Source: Geosiphon pyriformis uo1 (taxonomy: Eukaryota; Fungi; Glomeromycota). From it: a DNA stretch of 64,000 nt. Shown piece after piece: positions 22,525 through 36,657 of the stretch (position 1 is the stretch's first letter; each line of letters starts with the position of its first letter). The stretch covers positions 186,001-250,000 of the forward strand of contig JAAOMT010000061.1 in the NCBI GenBank assembly GCA_016748015.1, written 5' to 3'. The notes under the pieces are model-generated. The model saw only the letters and a list, made by a program, of their open reading frames with translations. It was not told the DNA's origin and ran no database searches. The position numbers were made by a program, and so were the translations under genes.

Positions 22525-24644
22525 TTAACCACAATCTGGTTCCACCTCGTCCCTAACCATTGGCTCTACTCCTCCAGATAAAAATGGTCCTTCAAAATAT
22601 TCATCAATATCTTGCACCCGGGTTATTGTTTTTTGAGCCCTATTAATAAAGAAATGAAGATTATATATATATCAATTATTCCTAGAGACCAGACCACATA
22701 CATTGTGCTTTTACTCGAGGATTCATCTTGTTCAGGATTTGCAACTTTCCTCCCTTTTGGCTTGTTTGGTTTAACACTGACAAATTTGGGAGTGAATACA
22801 CTTTCAAGTTGACGTCTCGGAACGGGTTTGTGATCCTCTTCACCAATAGGCTTGCTATGAGCTGGTATTTTATTCTCATCAAATTTTTTTGCTGGTGTTT
22901 CATTGGGCTCTTCCTCATAATCGAATTCCTCAACGATTACACGCCTATTTACCGCGTCAATGGTCATAACTTGACGTTTTTGGTATGGTTTGGTTTCTAT
23001 TTTTCGCATATTGGATTGCTGCTTTTTCCCTAACGCAAGCCTTTCTTGTTCAGTCAACCAGTGATTAGGTCGATCAGCTGGGAGTGCAAAATCTGCAGCT
23101 TGGTCTATTTTATGAAGTGCAAGTATTCATCTCAATTTATGAATTTAAGATGATCATTACTTGAAAGGCAGATTTTTACCAATAATTGTGCTCCTCTTGG
23201 CGCTCGTTCGATCATACTCTAATAAAGTCTCCTTATGAAGCTCAGCTGCTCGTCGCTTCTCCTCTCGAATTTGTCGCATTCTTTCTTCATCTTCAGTTTT
23301 ACCCAGTTCTGCCCAACTCCCACTCGAAGTAGAAAGTAGATTTCCAGAGACTTTTGCGGCGTAGGGCACAGTACCACCGGTCCCAGGTTTTTTTTTTTTT
23401 CCTGCTGCTTTTTGATTCTCATTCTTTAAGCGTTTTGCTTGTTTGACAAGGTCTAATTGCTGTTCACGTGAAATGACAGGTGTTCCACAAAAGGTGCATG
23501 GTCCCACTCCTTCTTTAACACAGATGATCTTACCGCAATTTAAGCAGTTTGGTGCTATACTGAGTAGAGCATGCTTGGTGGCTGATTTGATTTAGAAACT
23601 GATGAAAGAAGAAGCAAGAAAATAAAGAATTAGAAGTTTTTTTACCTTGACAGTTGCAAGGTATTCGTTTAAGTTGAGAATCGCCATCAACATTATCGAT
23701 ATTTTGTGCTTCCAATTCTTTTAAAGCTTTTTCGATATCAACGAGCTTTTTTGGTTGAAGCTTAGCATCTTTTTTCTTAGAAGTAGTTGCTGGTAAACTT
23801 ACAGAACGATTTAATTCAGCTGAGGGACCCAGCGAGGGGAAAGATGGGATAGAGCTATTAGGTGAATTAGATCGTTGTTGAGAAGATCCTTTGGGTAATG
23901 GCAGGGGAGATAATTCAGATGATGATGAGGTAGACGGAATATTTTCCTGTACAACTTGAGCTAAGGTTTTTGATTGCTTTGATTTTTTACTGAATATTTA
24001 GAATCCAAAATGTTAGTTAGATTATCTCAAAAACATCACAAAAGAAGAATGGCTATCATTTTTCCACCTTCCGACAAAATAATTCTCTTCGGCCGATTTT
24101 TTAAAGTAAATGTTTCCGTCTTTTTTCCAAGCTTCTTCGCGGGGATCTTCATCTTTAGTCGGTATCGGTGATTGACCCTTGATACGGGGGTAGCGCAATT
24201 ATTAGGGAAGCAACAAAAAAACGGAAAGACTGTCGAAGAGAAAACATACACGACTTCTCTCTTTTCTACCCCTATCTGCTGGTTGATGCGATGTGTTATG
24301 AATTATTGCCTTAGGTGGGACTTGGTTAGTTGTCAAAAAAGCCTGGGTAGTCTTTTGAGGAAACCGTCTTGTGACAAATTCTTCAATAAAAGTTGTTCTA
24401 TCACCAGTGATACCCAAGAGTTCCTAAAAGTCAAAGTAGATTACTAACATTGTTAGAAATTGTATAATAAATGTGTATAAACAGTTTTTAGATTTGAACG
24501 TTACAATACTTGTAGATATTCAGCCAAATCTGCTTTATTTTGGAAACTCAAAAGATACGGGAACATTTGAGTTTTTAAAGTTTCACTGTCTAGACCAAGA
24601 AAAATTGATAATTTTTCACTAGCCCATTTTTCTAAAGTCACCAT
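22525..24644 (-). CDS. ASC-1/TRIP4/RQT4-like zf-C2HC5 protein (ribosome quality-control trigger subunit), multi-exon
   Basis: Starts MVTLEKWASEKLSIFLGL; CNCQ...H.LLSIAPNCLNCGKIICVKEGVGPCTFCG; KETLLEYDRTSAKRSTIID; VMTID; last exon RVQD...DCG*. The last-exon boundary is less certain. Confidence 0.85.
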
Positions 24645-25523
24645 AATTTTAATTCAAAACAATGCAAAGAAAAGGATGTAAGAGCAAAGTTTTGATTTTG
24701 ATTCAAGATCTGAGAGTCTTCGCTTTTTAGCCTTTGAAAGTTCATTTTAAGATTTTATAGTGGCAGAGGTCGCAGATTAAAATTTCTTATCGCAGGAGCC
24801 GCCGCCACTAATAGCGTCATTTCACAAGGTATCTAAAATGGCAATAAAACAGGACTGGATTTGACCTAGAAAAGGATTAGATCGAAATATCCGTTTAATC
24901 ATTGAAAATCTCTTTTTTAAAGCATTGATTAGGAGAAAAGAACTACTAAAGTTCTTTTCTTCATCATCACATAGAATAATTTACCCCAGGAACCAGATCT
25001 TATCATATATCAACCTCCGGAAGGCGGGGGATCGAGATGGAAAAGTGTGTCATGATATTTTCCCCTTTTTGATATAATTATCCAGAGTGGCTCTTTGAAA
25101 ATAGAGATCCAAGTTGTAGCCGAACAAATTCTCAGCTTTCTTAAAAAACATATCTCAAAGCCTACTTGAAGGTGATTCTGTCAATTGTCCCCAGTAGAAG
25201 AAATATCCTAAATTCTTAAACGGTGCTAAATATGGCTAAGCGCTTCCATCATGATATCAAATGTAATATTGAAGAATTAAATTATTATAGGGATAATGTC
25301 TTGAAATAGGTATATAACGTTATCAATGAAGGATTGGAGGAAGGAATCTCTGAAAACTTTAGCTATCGATTTAGTTTTATTTTCGGACCCAAGTCAATCA
25401 AACATCTTTATTTTTCCCAATCTAATTCATTCGATCTTGTCTTGAGCAACCAGAGTTCGGTACATTTTGGACGGTTAAAGATTCGACGAATGGCAAAGAT
25501 TAATCACTCAATAGCATTCATCC

Positions 25524-26345
25524 TCAACAACCTACAAGAAAAAGTTCATTTAATAAACAAAGTAAATGAATAATTATAGCTCGAGGCCTCAACTCACCAA
25601 TAAATTTAATTCTTCCATTTTCTTTTTCTTCTAACTCCTTCTTCATAGATTCATTTTCTTTAAGTATTACAGCTTTCTCTTCTTTCAAATCAATTATTTG
25701 ATTTTCCAACTCGTTCATACGCGCTTTTAATTGCTTGTTTTCTGCCATTAATCTTTCTGAAGCTTCTCTTTTTCTTTTCCGAGATTCCTGTTGATTAAGA
25801 AAATAATCTAAATAATTTAAAGTGAAGTTTACAAATATAATGGCAAGGAATGGAATTGGTTAAATTCTCACATTAGCAGCTGCACGATTCTTTACTTTAC
25901 GCTCCTGCCGCTTATCGCGTAATGCCGCTTGTGCGGCGGCTTGCAATAAAATTGGCATGAGGCCTGTCTGTCTGTTGTTAGCCGAACACACTCTTGACGG
26001 TTGTTCCTGGGGTGATAATTGAGTTTGTGGTGTAGAAGAGGATTCAGCGGGACTTGTGAAGGGGAATTTTGTGCTAAGTAATACTGCTTCTGGTGGTCGA
26101 GGGAGAAGGGGCTTCCACATATTCACATTTTGGTGATCTTGTTTCTTTCGGCTACGTCGTCGTGTAAGGACGTTAATAATTTTTTCATCCTTCCCTATCT
26201 CTCCAGGAATATCGTGTTGTGAGAAGCTAAACAGAGGCGTTAGTGTTAATTTAGGATTTAGGATATTGCTTATCGAAGACCCATTCAATTCTGTCTTTTG
26301 ATCTTCAATATAGGTTAGCCCTGACGCTGGTCGCTTGGTTTCCAT
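25524..26345 (-). CDS. bZIP transcription factor (HAC1/XBP1/CREB-like basic region); 3' end uncertain
   Basis: RKVKNRAAAN-[GT-AG intron ~25868-25789]-ESRKRKREASERLMAENKQLKARMNELENQIIDL leucine zipper. Confidence 0.75.
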
Positions 26346-26559
26346 TTTTATTTGTTAACAGTTAAGAGGAGAATGCGAAGCAAAGTAAATCGGAGATGTT
26401 GGGATTTTCCAAATGCATGCACCTCCTGTTTATATTAATTTGAGTTAAGATTAAAAATCTTGAACGTCCTGCATTGTCACACAAGAGCTACACATTTAAC
26501 AATCGATGATCATGATGCTTTATTTAGATCAATAGTTTTTAGGAGATGTGTATCCTGAT

Positions 26560-27460
26560 TGTTCACATATATAAGCTAATTAAACTTTTTATATATAAAT
26601 TAATGTTATAATAAGTGAATGAAATTTTAATTAAAATAAAATAACCATTTTTTTGACTTGTGAATGTAGTTAAATTTTACAATATTAAAAAATTTGTCTA
26701 AAGTCTTGGCTTTATCAAAAAAATTGTGGTTTTTTTAATAATTTGGATTTATTTTTTAATATATTAGAATTATTTGGTTTTTTAAATATTAATAATGTGT
26801 GATTGGTTTAAATGGCTGAATATATAAAGTAAAACATAAGCCATACTTATTTTTTAGCTTTTTTTTTGTTAATTTATAATAAGTTATAATTAAATTATAC
26901 TTGTTAATACATAATAAAAAAATATTAATAAAAACAAATATTTTTTTATTTAATATATAAGATTTAATTATTATTTAATACAATTTAACAAACTAAGTAT
27001 TTTAAATTAAATATAATTTGTGTGTTTTCTATATGTAACCAAATATAAATTCAATTTAAACTAAATTATATTGAATTTAAAAAAAACCTATTTTAAAAAA
27101 ATATTTTATGCATAAAAACAATTAAAATAAAATAGTATTTTAAAAAAATTAAATCAAGTTTATATTAATAAATATATTTTAACATATTGTTTTATATTAT
27201 ATAATATAAAAACTCTAATTTTTTTTGCTTTTATAAAATATAATTTAATTATTAATTATAACTTAAAATACAAAGATTTTAAATAGTCATAATTTATATT
27301 TTTATTATAATTAATTATTTAAGCTAATTAAACTTATATTATATTTTATTAATTATTATTTTTAATTTATTATTAAGTAAATAATAATCAACAAAATTAG
27401 GAAATTATTTTAAATAAATAATGAAATATTTGCGATAAAAATATAGCAAAAATTTCTTTC
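26560..27460. other. Extremely AT-rich relic marking the edge of the gene island
   Basis: Near absence of G/C; abrupt onset after the bZIP upstream region. Confidence 0.5.
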
Positions 27461-27469
27461 TTTCTTACA

Positions 27470-30400
27470 TCTACAAACTCTTAAAAAGTGTTTCTCTGAA
27501 AAAGAAGTTTTTTTGTTTTTTATTTATCTTTTGCAAATATTTCTCAATTAAATAATTCTTTTGTGGTAAACCTGACTACTGCTTTAGGTGGTTCTATATC
27601 CAAAAAAAAGGTGTCTATAAGAGTTTTCTATGGTCCTGTTGGGAGTTTTTTTTCTCAAAAAAAAAAGATTTCTGTTGGTAATGTCAAGCATTTAGGTGAT
27701 GAAAAGAACATCTCTTTAGTCAAACCTGGTTTTAGTAGTGGTGTGTATTCAGATATGAACAGCATGTCTGGGAATAGTGGTGATGAAGATGTCTTTTTTG
27801 GTCCTGGTAATAATTTTCTTTTTGGTTTGGCAGCAAACACCCCTAAAACTAAAAGGGTTAATACTGGCATAGTTTATGATTCCCCTCTTGGCTTAATTGA
27901 TTATGGCATAGATAAAGATGATGGGCCCCTTTCTTCTCCTCTTAAAATCTCTCTCGACAAAAAGTAAGTTGATCTAAAAATTATTAAAACTCAAGTTGAA
28001 GTATCTGTAAATAAGTTTTTTGCTCTAAATATCAATCTTAGTGCTGTAAAAGGGAAATCGGCAACAGCTAAGACTCAATTCATTAAGAAAAATTTTTCTT
28101 CAGTCAATGGTTTTGGGGAAGTCATTATTCCCTCAAAATTTGAAAAAATTATTCAATCTATATTTACTTCTAAGAAAAACATAATTAAGACTGTATTATT
28201 GGCCAGTAAAAAAGAAATTAATGTAAACAGCAATCTTAAAAAACAAGAAGTTTATTCAGATCAAGCCATAGTAATCAAAGAATTTCCTATGGACATGCCA
28301 AAAGAGATGATCATTGCTGCAGTATCTGAGTTTGGTAATATTAAGTCAATCAAAATTTAGCTGATTGGATTGTAGCAGAAGACTGTAGTAGAATTCACCA
28401 AATTAGAACAGGCAAAACAACTGGCATCAAGATGGTCATTTCTCATTGGGAAAGACTTAGTACATGTGGCTATGGTCATGAGAGATTGGGATACTTGGAT
28501 ATTTAGAGATCACTTTAGGGTGCTTTTGTTTACCTTGCTGGTGGAAACAACTGCACATAATCTTAGTACTCTTTTAAAAGAGACTGGTAAGAAAACTTGT
28601 GTAATTAACTGTTTTCTAGAAACTGGCAACTGGGTCCACTATGCTATTATTGGTTTTGAATCTGAAAATGAGCTTGAATCTGCATTCTGCACTAAGCCAA
28701 TTTTTGGTGGTGTGAGGCTTTTTTGGACTAGATTGGACTTGGTTCAGTGTAAAAAGTGTGGGAAGTTTGGACACTTAGCTTTGGAATATGATGCCTCTGC
28801 TGCTCTGGAGTTTGTTTCTTCTAGAAAAACTGTTAAAAAAAATACTTCTGATGTGAATTATCTTTAGTTGGCCAAGTTATATGTCAGGAAAAATGTTTCT
28901 ATTTTTCATCCTGCCACTTTTGGTGACAAGTCATGGGCTCAGGTGGTTTTTTCTGCATTTTTTTTGGTAATCTTCTGTTTGAGTCTGGTTTTGGTTCTGG
29001 TTTTTTTTCTTCTGGTATCTCAGATTTGAGTGGTAGCTCTTCTTTTGTCCTGGCTAACAATTTGTCTTTAAATGCTTATTTGACCTCTTTGAAATGTTTC
29101 TTAGAGCTTTTGGGTGATTAAGTTTCTGGCATTATGCACAAACTCAGTGGTATGGAGTTGGTGCCTTTGGCCCTCCTTTCTTCTTCTGGTAGTTTGATTA
29201 CTCCAGTTAACATTAATTTGGATTTAACCTTTGATATGGTTTTGGATAGTTCTGAAACAGTACCTGCATATTTTTCTGTTGTTTCAGCTTTGGAATTCAG
29301 TAGCTTAAAGATTTTGACGACTAAAATGGGATGTTTGGAGTCAAAGTTGGTGGCTCTTGAAGCCTCAATTAGTTCAGTTTTGGCGAAGTTAGATCAGTTG
29401 TGTGCTGGCTCAGGTTCTTAGGTGTTTTCTGTTTCCCAATGAGTAACTTGATTTGGAAATTTGCTATGTGTAATGTTTGTGGCATTAATGTTCCAACTAA
29501 ACAGGATGATGTTATATGGTGGTATATGAGTTCAGGTAACATGGTTTTATTTATTACTAAAACTGAATTGAAGTCTAGTATTAGGCTATAGATTATAAAA
29601 AAATTTGATGGAGTGCAAATATTTACTTTTGGGCTGGAGAATGGTTTTTTAAGGACTGGAGTAGCAGTTATTATGAATGAGTGCCTGGCTTGGTATGTGT
29701 CAAAAATAGAGAAAGTTCCTGGACAGATCATTTTAATTAGGCTTTTTTTCAAGAGCAAGGTTTTGATATCCATTTTGAGTCTTTATGCTGGTGTCTCAAT
29801 TGAATCAAGATTTAGTCAAGCTTTGGTTGTTAATTCCTTCATTATCAAAGCTGTCAATTCCAGTATATTTGTGGTCTTGGGTAGAGACTTTAATAAAAAT
29901 GGGAAAGGAAAGAGTGCAAGTTTCAAGTTTTGTTCTGATTTGGGTCTGGTAAATTCATTTGTTGGCCATAAACTGGTTGAGGTTCCTACATGGTTCAATT
30001 CAAGAGGAATTGAAAAGACTATTGATTTTATTTTTGTTAGTTACAATTTGTTTTCTGCTGTTGTTAGCCACAAAATTGGCTCAATTGTGGAATTTTTTGA
30101 CACCAATCATAAGGCAGTTTCAGTTTCAATTGGGTTGGGGGGTTTTGTGGATGCCAATTTAAATAGTTTACACAAGCAAACCAACAGGGACAGATAGAAA
30201 TTCAAGATTAAGGATGCTGATGCTGGTAAATAATTGTGTTTCAGAGAGTATTTGTCTGGCAGATTTGCTTTGGTTCTGTCTGAATTCACCCAAGTAAAAG
30301 ATCTTGGAAATTTGGATACAATGTGGAACATTTTAAGGGAGATCATGGTGGTGTCGGCTGATAAGATTTTTTCAAACATTGGTTCAGTAATTTTGAGTGT

Positions 30401-33400
30401 GCAAAAAACAGATATTTTTCCAAGTTTTTTAGATTAGAGCTTCTGATGGCAAAAATTGTGAAGAGTTTGAGTAGTGGTTGTTCAGTTAATTTTGTTTGCT
30501 TTTTACACACTTGGTCTGGTCTTGATGAAACAAAAGCTTCCAAATTTGAGACCTTGATTAATAATAATGTTGGGGCTGAAGTAGCTCTCCATTAATTGAC
30601 TATTGTGAGAAAAAAATACTGCAAATCCAAATATTATGAATCCAAAATGACTAGAGATAATTCCATCAGGAGAGCAATTAACAAATGTATGGAAAACTTT
30701 TGCTCTGATAAAAGATGAGGAAATGCATGATGCCTGGTGTTCTGTTAGATCACTGGTCAGCTCAATATACTCCCTTGGCTTATGTTAATACTAGTGAATT
30801 TTCAGATGTTATGTGTAGTTTCAGTTTGAATGAGTTGTTATTAGTGGTCAAGAATCTACTGGATAGCAAAGCAGCTGAACTTTCTGGCATTACCAATGAA
30901 CTTTGGAAGCATTACAATGAGAAGATTTTAGGTGGCCTGTTGAATATCTGTAATTTATGCTTACATTTGACGATGGTTCTAACACTATGGAAAAAAGCAT
31001 GGGTCTCTATGATACCAAAACCATATAATTGGGAAGGAACCCTAATCAACACAAGACTCATTGCTCTGATTGAGACTGCTCACAAAGTGCTTTCTAAGCT
31101 GCTTTTAGACAGGATTTCTTTGGCTTATAGCAAGTTTGATGTTCTTTGGAGTGATAATTTTTCAGTTTTGAGAGGCATGTCTACTTTCTCTTTAATTTTT
31201 GCTGTCAGTTCAGTGGTTGAAAATGCTCTGGAAAAGGGCAGGAAAGTGTGGTTGGTGCTACAGAACATGTACAAAACATATGACTCTGTTGGATGGCATT
31301 ACTTGAAGAATTGTCTAACCAAGATCAAGATGTGTTTCTACTTTATTAAGTTTTTTGAGAATGTTCATAATGGTCGAATGAATTATGTTATGACAGACTT
31401 TGGACTCATTTTCAAATACATAATACATGATGGACTTGACCAAAAAGAAGTTTTTTTTCCATTACTGTGGAGAATTTTTTATGATCCTTTGCTGTGTGAG
31501 ATTAAAAAGTTTAATTATGTGTATGACTATAGATTGGAATTCAGGTTTTTTATATGCACTGGCAAGCCATATCTTGGGACTAGTAAGGTGTTCTTCATGG
31601 CTGCTGGGACCTTTATGGATAACACAATCTGGATTGAGAACAGCATGACTGTAACTCAGAGTATTTTGAATATGGTTAGTAAGTTTTTTTATATAAATAA
31701 CATTTCAATAAACACAAATAAGACAGTAGCTATACTTATCAACAGAAAAGTTACCAATCCTCAGCTGATGATTAGTGGATCAAATATCACAATAGCAAAG
31801 AGGTGTGAAGCTCATAGATACTTGGGCATTTTTTTGTCAACTGAAGATTTTTCTTGTCCTAGTATTGCTAAAGCACATTTGGACATAAAGTTTTTTATGA
31901 ACTTAGTTTTGAGAAAAGCAGTTTCTAATAAACAATTCCTGTATTTAGTTTCTGCTGTTTTACAGCCCATTATTAGGTATAGGCTCCAATTTAGTCATGT
32001 TTCAACTAATGTGTATGAAAAATGGGACAAGTTGTTAAGAAAGAGTCTGAAACTCAAAGCTAACTTTCCCAAAAATTTCTCCAACGAGGCCTTATATCAT
32101 CCAGATTTTTATAACTTGGTACCCTTTAAACAGCTTCTGGCCAAAAATTCACTGGCCAATTTTGTGTCCTTTGCTAATTCTGTAGGTGTATTCAGCAGCT
32201 TGTTCAAACATTATGCAATAGATCTACAGACCATTAGTTGGATGCCCCAAAACTCTCTCAATTTTCCGATGACACTCTCGATCAATCCTGTGGACTGTTT
32301 TTTAGCTGGCATGATGAACACACTTTCATCATATGGTCTGTCTTTGAAAAGTAGTGTGACAAACATGTTTTGTGTGGACAGTGGTATTGCTACTACAGAT
32401 GTCCTTGGGCTGAATGTTTACATGAAGGTGGTGAATTTGTTGAAAAGGTTTGGAATAATCTACATAAACCAGTTCTTAGACCATCATGATGAGTGTTTCA
32501 CATGGAATACATTTCATAGATAGAAAAGGCTGAATTCTAAGAGACTAACTCCTAGTTGGTTTGTCTTTCTTGTAAACTTTATTAGATTTGGTGATTTGGT
32601 TGGTGGCAGCAACTCATTACAACTTTTTTCTTCAAAATTTTACTTATATGATGCTAGTTATATTAGAAATTGTCTAAAATATACAGGTTCTGATATTATA
32701 CATATTTACACTGATAGTTCGATTAGAGATCTTGGCTTCTCTGATACTTGTGATGGCACTGCTGCTTATTTCTCTAGTGCTGACATTGGTATTGGTGTTA
32801 AGATTCTTGGTTTACTGTTTTTCATGCTTGCTAAGATACAAACTATTGCTCTTGCCTTGGACTGTGTCCCTAGTCATAGTTCAGTAATGTTGTTTACTAA
32901 TAGTCAGACTTCGTTGAACCTATGTACAATGGCCTTATAAAGTCCCAAACTGGATTTCAGAAGAAAATACTGGATGGAATGTGAGTATGTTCATGAAACT
33001 ATTTTGTCAAAAAATCTGTTGGTTACCTGGAACAAAGTAAAAGAACACACTGGAATTGTCAGCAATGAGCATGCTGATTTTTTTGCCAGTAAAACTACTG
33101 GTTCTAATTTCATTCTTCCTGTCAAGATGTTACACCACTTTCTTAGCATAGAAGGCAGACCCCTTTTTGGTAATACTTGTCATATAGTCAGAAGACTCTA
33201 TAAGACTGTCAATCTTGTTGGTTGGAAATCCAAGTACGCAAGTGGCATGGTTGATAAATCAATTAGTGGCCTAATAAACAAGCATTGTACTTTCAATGTA
33301 TGGCATGCAGATGGTTAGATTAGGTCTGGTTACACAAGTTCTGCTTTTGTGACACTCCATTTGTATTTTATGTAGGCCTTGTATTATTGGCTGCCTGTGG

Positions 33401-34129
33401 CCAAGAGAAAGAGGTTATATAACTTATGTTATTCTAGTGTTTTGTGTATTCAATATAAACTTTTAGAAGATTTGGACTATATATTTGTTTGTGTTTCCAA
33501 TTTTGACATCTGTAAGAACTTAATTTCGGATGCCATCAAGAATTGGATGGTCTTGTTGAGTGCATGTGCCACTTGTAATGTGGTGGTTTACTCATTTCAT
33601 AAGACTGTAGGTTTAGATTATTTGTATATGTCTTTGTCCAAAAGTTTTGTGTTAAAAAAATGGGTGAATGAAGCAAAGAGTTTATTAGAAAATAATGCAA
33701 ATAGTGGATCTTTGGTTGTTAATCTGGTTCATTATTTTGCTGAGGGTCATAGGTCTAGTGTGTGACTGCTGAGAGCCAAACTGAGAGCCCATTATGAGAA
33801 GCATAATCTTTTGCTATACAATAGATTCATTGTCCTATTAGTGTTTGGTTTGTCTTTGATTTGGCCCTGTGACATGATTAATAGTTTTGGCATTAAGCTG
33901 AGTGTACATGTATGTTTTGGTCTTCATCTTCAATTACATAGTGTGCAGTTTGATTTTCTATGTGATTTCTCTATAACTGGTGTTCTTAGTATATAGTGTT
34001 ACCTTAACTGGCTCGAGTGACTGGTCATGTGTGGAAAATACATGAGCTACACTTAATATAAAACTTGCTTGGTTTTATGTAATTAGGTAGTGGTTGGACT
34101 GCACTCATTAAACTTAATAAAAAAAAAAA
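27470..34129 (+). mobile_element. Near full-length L1-like LINE, degenerate: ORF1 ~27563-29442 (RRM plus Zn knuckle), ORF2 29439-33996 (APE endonuclease, RT, RNase H, Zn finger), 3' tail, poly(A)
   Basis: CKKCGKFGH; WKFAMCNVCG, LGRDFN, IDFIFVS, TNH; MIPKPYNW, YKTYDSV, GLDQKEVF, TFMDNTIW; IYTDSS; stop at 33996; tail and A-run to 34129. Short internal deletion near 30715 relative to the 51.8 kb copy. The 5' end is approximate. Confidence 0.92.
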
Positions 34130-34409
34130 TTAGTTACATAAAAATTTTTTTAAATACATAATTTTATGTAAAATCTATATTAAAAAAAAAATTTATGTAA
34201 TTTACCAAAAACTATATAACTAAAATAAATAAATATATTAATTACAAATAATATACCAATTTTTAATATATAATTCACAATTTTGCTTTGAATAATTATA
34301 TTAAATTATAATATAATACAACAAATAAATAAATAAATAAATATAATAATTTTCAACTTTTTAGTTTTAATTAATTTAATAGCTTTAATAGTATTTTTAA
34401 TTTAAAAAA

Positions 34410-36657
34410 AACTCTGTCTTCTTAATTTTATGATCATAATCAGAGCAAAGACTAAAAAAGCTGCACCTGATATCTGTCCTAAAATATCTAATAAAATTTC
34501 AACCAGAAAAGCTTTCTCTGTTGTAGAAGCAACTAGGCAAAATATTTTAGAAGCCTTTTCTTTACCCAATAATTGTGATAAGCTGCTTTTGGTAACCATT
34601 GAAGCAACTTCTTTATCTTTGGCTGGTTTTTCACCAGTCAAAGTTCCCTTAAAGAGACACACTTAGATTAGTCTCAGTATTGCCTTCACTCCTACTAAGA
34701 GCCCAAAAATGTTTAATAATAGACCAGTTAACAAACTGGTTTTCCCTTCCATGGCTTGTACATTTGGTGCTGCTAGCACCTCTTTTTCAAAAAAAATGGT
34801 CAAAAAGACCAAAAGTTCAGAAAAGTGGAGGCAGTTGCTTGCCTTTGCTATTGTTACACCGAATCCCTTTGTGATTTCCAATAAGATCTTAAATGAAATT
34901 TTTATAGCATCATTCAGCATATTGTTTAAGATAAGCCAAGATCAACCACTGGCTGTGTTGTCAAATATGGTGTCTTCTGGCAGATTATTGTCAGTTTTAG
35001 AAGCAAAGCAATTTCTTTCTATTGGGTCATCTGTTCTTGAGAACTGGACTAATCAAATAGAAACTGAATCTAGTTTCTGGTGCTACTTTTAATGGTGCTT
35101 GAAAAACTATTATTAGTTGTCAAAGATTTGCTGGGTAGATAATCTCTACTCTGGTACTTAGTGCTACTTTTAAGATCAAATTGGCTTATGTTAAGGCTGT
35201 TTTTCAATCAGTACATGGTTTTTTGGATGCAAAGTCAGTGTCAAAAGACAATGTAAAGCTGTTTTGTGTAGAGTTTGCTTCTTAAGTGTCTTTGGAAGCT
35301 ATATTTTTGGTTGAGCTTACAAGCTTTGTACATTTGGCCACCCTCAAAATTGCCAAATCCTTGGTAGTTCCTGAGTCTGACTCTCTTTCTGCTGCTATTG
35401 TGCTGCATAATGTGCCTTTGGGTGTGTTTGCTGCTGATATTAAGACAGTTCTTAGTGTTTTTGATGTAATTACTTGTGTTGTGCTGAAGTCTGCTGGCAT
35501 TTGGCAGTATGCTGTGATCTATTTTGAGAATTTGGTTGCTGTTACATCTGCTCTCAATCACTGGTTAGTTTTGGTGAACAAGGATAGTGTTTGGATTCTT
35601 CTCCTTGTGAATCAACAAGAAACAATTGTGTTTTGTAATAGGTTTAAGACCAAGTTGGTCAACCTTGCTCCTGGCTGTACTGTATTTGAAATTAGTAATA
35701 TAGTTTCTCAAGTTGGTGATCAGTTTTGTTTTATTCCTCAGTTTCCTGATTCTGGTTATGTTTGGCTTTTAAGCTGATTTGGATCTTGCTGTTGTTAAAA
35801 CTGGTACACTAAAAAAGTGTCATATCTAATAGGAAACTCCTGGTTGTCAGCATTGTTTTTAGTATTAAGAAATAGGCCACTTGGCCATAGACTATAAGAT
35901 TGCTCCACCTCCCCTTTCTAAGACTCCCAAGATGTTTAAGCCATATTTTATTGGTTTTTTGTCTTATGCAAAGACATCTGTTCTCCCTGTTTTTTCTGAA
36001 TTTCCTCTTTTGGTGGCTGTTGTTTCTCCTGTTGCTATTGTAGATCCTTTGGTGTTTTCTCAGTTGGCATCTCTGGAATCTGATTTGGCCAAGCTTTCTG
36101 TTTTGGTTGAATCTATTGTTAAGCCTGTTGGCTCTATGGTTAAAGTTTTTGAACAATTTGTTAATGGTAATCTGGTTTCAAGTTTTGCTTTTGGCCTCAG
36201 AGTTAACGAAGTTTTGGTTTACATAAGTATCTTTAGTAGAGCTGTTGGTAAGTTGGAGTGAGAAGTGGTCACTCTGAAAACTGAGTATGGTTTTGAGGAC
36301 ATTGATATGTTTGGTTTTCATGTAAGTTTGTCATCTTTTAATAATGATATGTTTTCTAATTTAATGTCTTTTTGGGAACATAAATCTGCTGTTATAAAGG
36401 CTGATGTCTTTAACACAGCTAAGTAGTTGGTTAGATTGGTTAATAATAGTGCTATATTATTTGAGATTGTTCAAAAAATGTTTTCTTTGGATAAGTTTTC
36501 TTCTGATGCATCAATGTAGTATAGCCTGAACTGGTTCAAGTAACTGGTTATATATAGTAAGTATATGAACCATATTTAGTCTTGAATCTCTTAGTTTGGT
36601 TCTAATTTCTAAATAATAGTTGGGCCATACTCATTAAACTTATAATAATAATAAAAA
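34410..36657 (+). mobile_element. ORF1-only non-autonomous LINE (HAL1-like architecture), degenerate
   Basis: Single decayed ORF 34430-~36519 with ORF1-homologous RRM (IVLHNVPLG...GIWQYAVIYF...WLVLVNKDSV) and decayed knuckle (CQHCF...GHLA), followed directly by the family 3' tail (36517-36640) and a TAA/A-rich end; no ORF2. Confidence 0.8.

Noticed and set aside
25300-25900. IRE1-type unconventional intron that would make the bZIP a HAC1 orthologue
   Set aside because: No paired CNGCNG stem-loops were recognised, so no gene symbol was assigned.
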